Shown here: in pieces, positions 16,694 through 23,908 of the stretch | Layout: every line of letters starts with the position of its first letter | Position numbering within the stretch: position 1 is the first letter of the stretch | From: a virus | Lineage: Duplodnaviria; Caudoviricetes | DNA: 25,461 nucleotides | Virus record (IMG/VR): IMGVR_UViG_3300034117_000234 | Location: 1 to 25,461 of that record | Reading direction: 5' to 3' (one strand) | Notes under the pieces: generated by a model | Seen by the model: only the letters and a program-made list of their open reading frames with translations | Database searches by the model: none | Told to the model about the DNA's origin: nothing | Translations under genes and position numbers: made by a program

Positions 16694-17292
16694 TAGGCGA
16701 ACTTCACGATCCTATAAGGGTCTACAAGTTGAGCAACGTCCGGGTCGATTCTTGCGCCGACTCGGATAAAGCCGAGATCGGGCGACGAGAGCACGCCAAG
16801 GGGCGAGTCTAGACGTTTGAAAATACGGCTTGACTGAATAATCGTTGCTTGCTTAATGGCGATAGGGACGGCAGACCAGCCCCAAACTCCCGTTACCTTG
16901 ACTAAGGCTTCTCCGCCCCAAATAGGGAACGTATAGTCGCCAATTGCTCTAATGGCGTTGTAAGGAACTACGAGTCCGTCTACTCGTCCATTTAGCGGCT
17001 CTAACTGGTAGTCGTCTGCTTGCCAAATAATATCGAAAGTTCCGTCCGCAGAAGTGTCTGTAGCGACCTGCGTAATCGTTATTGCGTCGTCTAGGTTAGT
17101 TAGGAAATCGTTAGTAGCTTCAAAATAGCGGACCGCAGTTCCAGCGTTGTAGAAGCTTCGCGCGGTATAAGAATCCAGTAGGCGAGAAGCAGACTCAATC
17201 GCCATTTCGAGCAAAGAATCGTCGAGATTATCCCCGATTCTGAGCGCGGCCTTAACTTCCGCTAGGGTTGCGTATCCGTTAGTAATTGCCAT
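16693..17292 (-). CDS. Head-tail connector protein (gp6-like)
   Basis: YATLAEVKAAL...DDSLL...IESASRLLD..T.R.F and WGWSAVP.AIKQA motifs. Confidence 0.85.
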   Translation of the reverse strand: MAITNGYATLAEVKAALRIGDNLDDSLLEMAIESASRLLDSYTARSFYNAGTAVRYFEATNDFLTNLDDAITITQVATDTSADGTFDIIWQADDYQLEPLNGRVDGLVVPYNAIRAIGDYTFPIWGGEALVKVTGVWGWSAVPIAIKQATIIQSSRIFKRLDSPLGVLSSPDLGFIRVGARIDPDVAQLVDPYRIVKFA

Positions 17293-17298
17293 AAACCC

Positions 17299-17304
17299 AT
17301 TCTA
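17299..17304 (-). promoter_or_regulatory. -10 element TAGAAT, leaderless start at ATG 17292
   Basis: TAnnnT, then 6 nt, then ATG; no SD. Confidence 0.6.
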
Positions 17305-17309
17305 TCTGA

Positions 17310-18503
17310 TTAGCGTTTGAGCAATTTAGTTAGCGTCGGCAACCAATGATTCTGCCAAACAGTTTCGGAATCGAACTGTTGAGCAAACTCGACTGACTTC
17401 TTGGAGACTCCACGCTCGGCTTTATACGCTTCTTCGAGCGCGGCGACAATCGACGGGACTAGCGGGACTTGCCAGAAAGACGACTGAGAAGCGTCCCAAG
17501 TAGGTTGCCCTTCGACTAGCCAAGAGTCGTCTGAAACTAGATCTGGAGTAGCGGCCCAGTTTGAGCCGATAGTCCGCACTCCGCAAGCCTGGGCTTCAAT
17601 AGTTGGAACTCCAAATCCTTCTCCGAAGGACGGGGCAAGAAATACGTCCATAGTCGAATAAAGCCCTGCTAAGTCTGTATTAGAGATTCCGTATTTATAG
17701 TCGATAAAAGGCGCAAACAAAACTGCTTCCTTCGGGATACCGAAAGCCTGAACCATAGTAATAAGATTCCAACCGCCCGCACTCCCTAACGGGTCTGTGT
17801 GTAGATAAAGCACCGCGTCTGGGTGCGACTGCCTAAAGATCGAGAAAGCCAGTAAATTCTCGCTAAAGGCTTTGCGGTGAATAAGGCCCGAAGCTTTATT
17901 CGCGGCGTTCATACCAATAACAAACTGGTCCTTCACGCCAAGATACTCTCTGCCGGGTTGCCCGCCGATCGTAGCCGTCGGCTTGAATACCTTTGTGTCT
18001 ACGACGTGCGGAACATACTCGCAAGCAATACCCTTCGACTCCATTTGCCGAACCCCGAACGGGCTCATAGCGATAGGTGTTACGTTCTCTTTCCGCAGGA
18101 ACTCTTCGACCATAGGCGGCATAGTAACGTGATCAAGCGGAGTCCACCAAGCTACAGGGTGCTTATCCCACGCTTTACCCTTGATAACCCAGCAGTCATA
18201 CAGACCTAAAAGCAAATCGGGCTGGTCTCCGTTTAGCGATTTCCAGTGCGCGTGATTCATAGGCGCAACGTCATTCGAATAAGGGTCGCTACCCCGCGCA
18301 TAGTGCGGAATCTCCCCATAAGCCGTTCTATAAGTAGATCGGTTGCCTTCAAGACCATAATTCGACTGAGCGGCCACGTCAAGCCCCGCCCGCTTCATCT
18401 GTTCAATAAGAACCTGAGCTTGGACCCCGTAGCCCGTAGGTTGCCCCGGACTGTTTGAGTAGAGCGTTACAGTGCCCTTTAGTTTCTGCGTAGATTTAGC
18501 CAT
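17310..18503 (-). CDS. GT-B (GT4-like) glycosyltransferase
   Basis: TGYG near the N-terminus; HVVDTKVF; DVFLAPSFGEGFGVPTIEAQACG (ExFGxxxxE). Confidence 0.9.
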   Translation of the reverse strand: MAKSTQKLKGTVTLYSNSPGQPTGYGVQAQVLIEQMKRAGLDVAAQSNYGLEGNRSTYRTAYGEIPHYARGSDPYSNDVAPMNHAHWKSLNGDQPDLLLGLYDCWVIKGKAWDKHPVAWWTPLDHVTMPPMVEEFLRKENVTPIAMSPFGVRQMESKGIACEYVPHVVDTKVFKPTATIGGQPGREYLGVKDQFVIGMNAANKASGLIHRKAFSENLLAFSIFRQSHPDAVLYLHTDPLGSAGGWNLITMVQAFGIPKEAVLFAPFIDYKYGISNTDLAGLYSTMDVFLAPSFGEGFGVPTIEAQACGVRTIGSNWAATPDLVSDDSWLVEGQPTWDASQSSFWQVPLVPSIVAALEEAYKAERGVSKKSVEFAQQFDSETVWQNHWLPTLTKLLKR

Positions 18504-18509
18504 TTCTCA

Positions 18510-18515
18510 AGCATA
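18510..18515 (-). promoter_or_regulatory. -10 element TATGCT, leaderless start at ATG 18503
   Basis: TAnnnT, then 6 nt, then ATG. Confidence 0.6.
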
Positions 18516-18577
18516 GCGAAAACCCCACCGATTTTAAGTCGGCGGGGTTTTCTTTTCGGTAACTAGGGGGAAACCGC
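18516..18577 (-). ncRNA. Candidate ~60-nt small RNA with a C-rich loop
   Basis: Extended -10 (TGA-TACGCT, 18592-18584), then 6 nt, then G18577; hairpin CGGU/ACCG with loop UUCCCCCUAGUU, followed by a terminator. Confidence 0.45.
18518..18556. terminator. Intrinsic terminator, possibly bidirectional
   Basis: GAAAACCCCACCGA / TCGGCGGGGTTTTC inverted repeat with T-tracts on both strands. Confidence 0.75.
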
Positions 18578-18603
18578 TTCGTAAGCGTATCACAGAAACC
18601 AAG

Positions 18604-18645
18604 CAAAGGTAAACCCCGCAAGCCTACGCACTTACGGGGTCTACC
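18604..18645 (-). terminator. Terminator after the major capsid gene
   Basis: 15-bp stem 18608-18622/18631-18645 with G-U pairs on the minus strand, followed by UUUG. Confidence 0.7.
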
Positions 18646-18668
18646 AGTCTAGAACTAGGTTCTAAGGT

Positions 18669-19823
18669 TTAGCTTGCGCCACCCTTGAAGAAACCTACGT
18701 GGCTAGGAATGGTCAAGCCACCGCCAACACGAACAGTTCCCCGGAAAGTTGTAACGTCTGTGTTGAAAGCGTAGTCGCTTGACTGTGCGATCTGGATTCC
18801 ACCTGCGACGCGAACTTTGTAAGACGGCAAGTGCCCAAATAGGACTGACTTAGTGCCAGTTCCAGTTGCCGGGACTGCCGGGTTCTCGAAGACAGGGTAA
18901 CCGAGCAACTGTGCTGGCTGTCCGTTTACTGCGTTGTCTAGCCAGATGTAATTGCCCGCGCCGTCTTTAAGTTTGCGCGCGGCCGCGATACCACTCTTAG
19001 ACATTTGGAAACCGAGCCCGGGCAAAACGCGAGCTCCGTCGGCAATTCCATATACCAAGTCGATTAGATTTTCGTAACTCGCAACACCAGAAACTCCAGT
19101 GCCACCTGTTACAACTGAGCCCGCTGAAGTTACAAGACCAGCAGTTCCAGTAGTTAGTTCCGCGTTCATAGCAATACCTAGAGACGTGCCCAACTGTTGC
19201 GCGATATATGCGCTAATGTCGAACCCTGCGTCGGCTACTAGTTCGTTAGCAACACTAACTAGCGCACCGAACTTCGTAGCTCCAAGAGTAATGCTTGCGA
19301 AAGTAGGGTTGCTCTCTGGAACTGCCGAACCTGCCGCAGTTGCGGTCGAAGATGAAATTGCGGTGGCAGTTGGAATGACCAAGTTCTCCCCGGAAGTTGT
19401 GTTGAAAACTTCTGAAGTCTGAAGCATAGGTCCTACGAGCGTAGCAATTTGAAACACCTGGTCGTAAAAACTGCTTCCGACAGTGTTCGCGCTTGGCACA
19501 AGAGCGGCGCGACGTGAGAACTCAGTTCCGCGCATTTCACCGCGAGCAATTGAACGCAAAACGTCTGCGTCTGAACTCGAAGTTTCAGCGGTAGGAGTGA
19601 ATGAAGCCGCCGCCTGAGCCGCTTCAGCCGAACGCTGTGCGACCTTCTGTGCGGTAGCGATTGAAGAGTCCGCTGAAGCGATATCTGCTTCTAGGCGGTC
19701 GATCTTCTGTAGATCTTCGGCAGACAATCCGCGCTTCTCCTGCTCGGCTAGGTCGATAACTTCTCGGACCTGCGCGATTAGGTTTGAACGAACGTCTGCC
19801 TGAGCTTTAATAAACTCAGACAT
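18669..19823 (-). CDS. Major capsid protein, HK97 family
   Basis: N-terminal coiled-coil delta domain; KFGALVSVANELVADA, LKDGAGNYIW and LLGYPV motifs; AAGGA RBS. Confidence 0.93.
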   Translation of the reverse strand: MSEFIKAQADVRSNLIAQVREVIDLAEQEKRGLSAEDLQKIDRLEADIASADSSIATAQKVAQRSAEAAQAAASFTPTAETSSSDADVLRSIARGEMRGTEFSRRAALVPSANTVGSSFYDQVFQIATLVGPMLQTSEVFNTTSGENLVIPTATAISSSTATAAGSAVPESNPTFASITLGATKFGALVSVANELVADAGFDISAYIAQQLGTSLGIAMNAELTTGTAGLVTSAGSVVTGGTGVSGVASYENLIDLVYGIADGARVLPGLGFQMSKSGIAAARKLKDGAGNYIWLDNAVNGQPAQLLGYPVFENPAVPATGTGTKSVLFGHLPSYKVRVAGGIQIAQSSDYAFNTDVTTFRGTVRVGGGLTIPSHVGFFKGGAS

Positions 19824-19853
19824 AATATTCCTTTGTTTGTTTGATTAGGGATT

Positions 19854-19901
19854 TTCTGCCGAGCAGACTCAGAGCAGAGCAGGTCGAGCAGACTCAGAAC
19901 C
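19854..19901 (-). promoter_or_regulatory. Twin bulged hairpins (14-bp direct repeat) in the capsid 5' UTR
   Basis: CGAGCAGACTCAGA at 19860-19873 and 19885-19898; each copy folds as stem / CU bulge / GAG-UCUG-CUC. Confidence 0.7.
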
Positions 19902-19909
19902 TATAAACA

Positions 19910-19915
19910 ATTCTA
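19910..19915 (-). promoter_or_regulatory. -10 element TAGAAT of the capsid promoter
   Basis: TAnnnT located so that +1 falls at about 19902-19904, just before the first hairpin. Confidence 0.6.
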
Positions 19916-19937
19916 AATGGTGAGTGTAATGCGGAAA

Positions 19938-20021
19938 TGGTGGACTAGCAGAGAATCGAACTCTGGTCTTGTCGCTTCTCACTGAGAGTCTTAGACGACA
20001 ATCGAAACCATTACCTAGCCC
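19938..20021 (-). ncRNA. Minimal tmRNA-like RNA: tRNA-like domain only, no mRNA-like domain
   Basis: GGGCUAG/CUAGUCC acceptor stem with G3-U wobble, A discriminator and encoded CCA; stemless D-loop containing GGUUUCGA; helix UUGUCG/CGACAA; GAC linker; T arm CAGAG-UUCGAUU-CUCUG. Confidence 0.85.
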
Positions 20022-20027
20022 CAGTAA

Positions 20028-20033
20028 ACATTA
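20028..20033 (-). promoter_or_regulatory. -10 element TAATGT for the tmRNA-like RNA
   Basis: TAnnnT plus 6 nt places +1 exactly at G1 (20021). Confidence 0.55.
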
Positions 20034-20042
20034 TTACCAAGC

Positions 20043-20085
20043 AAAGAAAACCCCGCTAGCCGAAAGGGTTAGAAGACTAGCGGGG
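20043..20085 (-). terminator. Intrinsic terminator ending the terminase-portal-protease operon
   Basis: 11-bp stem CCCCGCUAGUC/GGCUAGCGGGG followed by UUUUCUUU. Confidence 0.8.
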
Positions 20086-20099
20086 AACTCGCCGAGCGA

Positions 20100-20258
20100 T
20101 TAGCGAGTTTCTTCTGCGGCTTTCACGCGAACTTCTTTAGTCGCGTTAGCCGAGTTTTGAATAGCGTCGATAAGTTCCTTGACCACGCCGACGCTAGGGT
20201 CTCCAGCGACTTCCTTGATAAGTTTTACCGCTAGTTCGATTTCGTCTTTCGTTGCCAT
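20100..20258 (-). CDS. Small head-module protein (52 aa; not in ORF track)
   Basis: Manual translation MATKDEIELAVKLIKEVAGDPSVGVVKELIDAIQNSANATKEVRVKAAEETR; TAATG coupling. Confidence 0.75.
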   Translation of the reverse strand: MATKDEIELAVKLIKEVAGDPSVGVVKELIDAIQNSANATKEVRVKAAEETR

Positions 20259-22180
20259 TAGATTCCTAACATTAGTAGATCGAGCTTCTTCTTCTTCAGC
20301 GCCAAAATGTCGCCTTCGACTTCTTGAACTTCTGGAGTCTTAGTAAGTTTACTAACTACTTCGCTAACTAGATTTGCTTGCTCCGCTTCTAGTTCTTCTC
20401 CAAGTTCAAGTTTTAGCAAAGCGTCTGCCAGAGTGTCTGCGTCTATCGCGCCTTCAATCGAGCGAACCGAAGTCGTCCCAGTTGTAGACATATATGCCGG
20501 GAAAGCAACTAAAGATACTTCGTGAAGCGAAACTCGATTTAGGGTTCGAACGTTACCCGTCTTATCCCAAGAGTCGCCGCCCTGCGGAACAGTAAAGCCA
20601 AAGCTCATAGCCGAAACGTCCCCACGTTTAAGAAGAACAGAAGCGTCCCGCCCTGCCTGAGTGTCCGGGAGAGAAGCAATAGCCTTCAAGCCGAAAGAAT
20701 CTTCTACTAGGCGCAGGGTCCCCGCTCTAGTCGATCCAAGAACGATTCCCGTATCGTGATTCCAGAGAAGCTTTATATCGTTCCTAGACTGAAGGCTCTT
20801 GCGGAAAGCACCCGGCGCGATACGTTCGATAAAGGGTAGCGGGCTAGAGTCTGAATTGAAAACAGCCGCGTAGCCTTCGAAGGTCATTCCGTCGCCTGTT
20901 TCACGAATCTCGAACTTTACGTCTGCGGTTCGGGTTTCATTAGGGTTCTTGGCCCTGCCTTCGTCCGATACGCCTTCGATTCTGGCCTTTATTGCGTAAG
21001 CCGCGTTTAGCCACTTCGTTCGGGTAGGAATAACCATAGACTCGGTAAGTTCTGGAAGTTCTTCGGGCTCGATAAGCGGCTGGACCTTCTTTAGATCGGC
21101 GATAAGGACAGTAACAGTTAGGCCAGTGGATTCCCAGTTTCTATCTTCTTCTTCGTAGATAGTAACCTGAGCAGAATCGCCTTCAAGGGCTACAACTTCC
21201 CCAGCATAGGCTTCAGTCCCAATAAGCCAAGCAACATAGTCGCCGACGGCTAGTTCGTCTGGGAGAGCGCGGGTCTGTTCAATCATACGTTCGCTTTCTT
21301 CTTGTTCTCTAATTCTAGCAACCACCGAGTCGGCGTAATCTTGAGCGCGGCGAGCGGCGGTCTTGCTTGGTCCACTACCCCAGAGAAGGTGAGCAACTAC
21401 GCCCGCCGAAGGATAGTTGTCTGAATTAGGGTTCGCGTCTGGACTATCAAGGTCTACTAGGTGGCGGGCAATCCACGCCGCTATTCGAATCCATTTGTCG
21501 TCTGAAACTTGGCCTACTGCCATAAGTCGAGCTTCTCGGATAGTTCTATCGACTACGCCGTCGCCCGCTAGTCCCTGCTCGTAGTAGCGAAGTCCTTGTC
21601 TGGCCGCCGCTCTCATATAGGCGGGTGCGTCCTGATTTATCGCGCGAACCGAGTTCTCGTCTGGGAGAGCAACAGGGTCAGTCGCTTTTAGACCGAGTGT
21701 GCGGTAAGCCGCGAGCGCGTCATAGTTATTCTCGACGACTTCGATAATGTTATAGGTTTCGAGAAGTTTCTCGGCGGTGGCCCGCTTGTATTCGGTCTGA
21801 TCTTCGCTAGAACCTGGGTTCATTATTAGGCGGGTATAAGAAACGCCCAAATCGTCTAGGGTCTGCTTAGTGTCCGCTTCGTCGTCTACAGACCTGCCCG
21901 TAACTATGAAAAGCGCCGCGTCGAGCGACTGAAGATAGTTATAGGTTTTGCGAATTAGAGAATTACCACGAATAAGAGTGTCGTCAAGATCACTAATAAC
22001 AATAGGTTCGCCCGCTTCATTTCTCTCTCCCATAAAAGGTTCGTCGTCGCCAAGACTAATAGCGACCGCCTGAGCAATAGCCGAGTCTTTTGTTTCGTGG
22101 CAACCGAAAACTTCGCCGCCCTGATCGACTACCGCCCAGCCTGAGCAGTCCGCCGCTTCGTCCGTAATGTAGTAAGGCAT
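20258..22180 (-). CDS. Multidomain prohead protease (N-terminal HAD-like and other domains; C-terminal HK97-type protease)
   Basis: Start trimmed to MPYY (TAATG coupling). C-terminal FEGYAAVFN...LLWNHD...MSFGF...LHEVSLVAFPAY; N-terminal ISDLDDTL and IVTGR. Confidence 0.88.
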   Translation of the reverse strand: MPYYITDEAADCSGWAVVDQGGEVFGCHETKDSAIAQAVAISLGDDEPFMGERNEAGEPIVISDLDDTLIRGNSLIRKTYNYLQSLDAALFIVTGRSVDDEADTKQTLDDLGVSYTRLIMNPGSSEDQTEYKRATAEKLLETYNIIEVVENNYDALAAYRTLGLKATDPVALPDENSVRAINQDAPAYMRAAARQGLRYYEQGLAGDGVVDRTIREARLMAVGQVSDDKWIRIAAWIARHLVDLDSPDANPNSDNYPSAGVVAHLLWGSGPSKTAARRAQDYADSVVARIREQEESERMIEQTRALPDELAVGDYVAWLIGTEAYAGEVVALEGDSAQVTIYEEEDRNWESTGLTVTVLIADLKKVQPLIEPEELPELTESMVIPTRTKWLNAAYAIKARIEGVSDEGRAKNPNETRTADVKFEIRETGDGMTFEGYAAVFNSDSSPLPFIERIAPGAFRKSLQSRNDIKLLWNHDTGIVLGSTRAGTLRLVEDSFGLKAIASLPDTQAGRDASVLLKRGDVSAMSFGFTVPQGGDSWDKTGNVRTLNRVSLHEVSLVAFPAYMSTTGTTSVRSIEGAIDADTLADALLKLELGEELEAEQANLVSEVVSKLTKTPEVQEVEGDILALKKKKLDLLMLGI

Positions 22181-22440
22181 TAGGTTACCTTCAGCCAACT
22201 AACTAAGTGATTACTTGAACTTGATACAACCCAAACAGAATCACCGGGAGAAACCTGAATCTCTGTGGAATCGGTCTTTTCTAAAATAAGTCCATTAGAA
22301 GTTGTAACGTCGCCGCCGCCAAGATAAAGATTTATCTGATTATCGTTATTATGGATATGTAAACGATAAACGCTTTGGCTTGTGCCGTTCAGTTGAACGC
22401 GCGTAGTTCCTACTGTAACTTGCCCCGAACTAATTGCCAT
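22180..22440 (-). CDS. Small beta-rich virion-associated hypothetical protein
   Basis: ORF track; coupled to the portal gene. Confidence 0.7.
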   Translation of the reverse strand: MAISSGQVTVGTTRVQLNGTSQSVYRLHIHNNDNQINLYLGGGDVTTSNGLILEKTDSTEIQVSPGDSVWVVSSSSNHLVSWLKVT

Positions 22441-23765
22441 TAGTAGACGCTTTCGGGATCTTCTGGGTTTATCTGAGCGACTGACTGAAGTTGCGTCGAA
22501 GGTAGTCCAGTATGAATAATCGCAGGTAGACCCAGCTTCGCAAGAACGTCGGCTGGGTCGAAGCCCGCGTCCGTAAGAGTCTTAGCCATAATAACTTTTT
22601 GCTGTTGCTCGACCAGACCTGCGGCCGCTAGATCTACGTTAGCAAGTGGGACTCGGTAAACTCCGCCGCCGTTTACAGGTGGCAAATCTTCGAAGCGTCG
22701 AACGTCGTCTACTGAAAGCCAGCCAGTTAGAAGCGCAGAGTTGTAAGCGGTAGTTCTTGAATTGAAGTCGCCACGAAGAAGGCCGTCCACGTTGAACTTA
22801 ATAAACTCGCCTGGTGCGAGAAGTTTCGAATAAGACCATTCAATCTTCTCGATAAAAGGACGCAAGCAGTGAGTTACAAACTGAATGGCATTTTGCTCGA
22901 CAGACGCGTAGCTCTGGGTGCCAGGAATGCCCATCATTGAAAGCGGAATGTTGAACGCTCTCGCAATTTCTTCCACCGAGAAGCGGCGGCTCTCTAGGAA
23001 CTGGGCCGCGTCATTGTTTACAGTCGTAGTTTTGTAAGTTGCGCCACCCGTTAGGATTCCTGTTCGGTGTGCTCTGCGGAATCCCTTGTGCGCGGAGTCG
23101 AAGCCGTCGCGCAGTTGCTTCGCTTGGTCTGGCAGAAGATTACCTGGATACTCGATAATTCCCTGAGTAGTCGCACCCTGACCGAAGAAGCGGGCGGCGA
23201 AAGACTGAAGCGCCGAAGCCACGCCCAAGGCTTCCTTGAGTTTCTCGACTCGGCTAATGCCCTTTATAGCGCCGGGTTCAAGAAGGTCTGTTATGTGGAT
23301 TATGTCGTCCGAAGTGAGTCCGTTAGGTTCGCCGTCATAAGAGAAGATTTTGCGACCGATAGCAGAACGGGTAACAGTAACCTTCGTCGGATCGAGAACT
23401 ACTAGGTTTACTACTTCTCCAGCGTTATTTCTAAAAACCCTTGTATAAGAGTTGCCATTGACCATAAGGGAAACTAGAACCTGCTGGTAGTGCGCCGAGC
23501 GGCTTGAGTCAATATCTGGCTGGTCCACCCAAGCAGGGCGGTTAGTTAGGTAAACCCTTTGGCCAAGTTCGCGGCGGTAAGCGCCAAGCGGAAGAGTCGA
23601 GATAGTATCGCTGATTAGGCTAACCGCTGAGAAGAAAGCGACGATCTCGAAAGCAGTCTTAGGGTTGATAATCGTTCCAGACTGATTCTGTATCTCTAAG
23701 TCCGAGCCAGCGCCCCAAACAGTCTGAAAACTTATCGCTCGACCTTCGAAGAGATTACCTAGCAT
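22440..23765 (-). CDS. Portal protein, HK97 family
   Basis: AVSLISDTISTLPL, GNSY, DAAQFLESRRFSVEEIARAFNIP and SVDDVRRFEDLPP motifs. Confidence 0.95.
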   Translation of the reverse strand: MLGNLFEGRAISFQTVWGAGSDLEIQNQSGTIINPKTAFEIVAFFSAVSLISDTISTLPLGAYRRELGQRVYLTNRPAWVDQPDIDSSRSAHYQQVLVSLMVNGNSYTRVFRNNAGEVVNLVVLDPTKVTVTRSAIGRKIFSYDGEPNGLTSDDIIHITDLLEPGAIKGISRVEKLKEALGVASALQSFAARFFGQGATTQGIIEYPGNLLPDQAKQLRDGFDSAHKGFRRAHRTGILTGGATYKTTTVNNDAAQFLESRRFSVEEIARAFNIPLSMMGIPGTQSYASVEQNAIQFVTHCLRPFIEKIEWSYSKLLAPGEFIKFNVDGLLRGDFNSRTTAYNSALLTGWLSVDDVRRFEDLPPVNGGGVYRVPLANVDLAAAGLVEQQQKVIMAKTLTDAGFDPADVLAKLGLPAIIHTGLPSTQLQSVAQINPEDPESVY

Positions 23766-23902
23766 TATTTACTTCTTTCTAAAGCCAAGCCGAAAAGGGT
23801 TAGCCCGATACCTGCCACGATCAGACCTGCGGGCGGAAAGATAAAGCCAACGCCTATAGCGATAGCGACTAAGCCGAGAGCTTGCGTAAGAGTAGCTAAC
23901 AT
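23765..23902 (-). CDS. Small membrane protein between terminase and portal (45 aa; not in ORF track)
   Basis: Manual translation MLATLTQALGLVAIAIGVGFIFPPAGLIVAGIGLTLFGLALERSK; TAATG coupling to the portal gene. Confidence 0.75.
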   Translation of the reverse strand: MLATLTQALGLVAIAIGVGFIFPPAGLIVAGIGLTLFGLALERSK

Positions 23903-23908
23903 ACCTGC

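Noticed and set aside
19860-19898. CRISPR-like mini-array
   Set aside because: Only two 14-bp copies separated by 11 bp; no cas genes.
19938-19966. attP remnant of a host tRNA or ssrA 3' end
   Set aside because: A matching 5' strand and promoter are present, and no integrase is seen in the window.
19938-20021. Canonical tRNA (Ala or long-variable-arm type)
   Set aside because: No D stem and no 5-bp/7-nt anticodon arm can be drawn; the D-loop and GAC linker are tmRNA-type.
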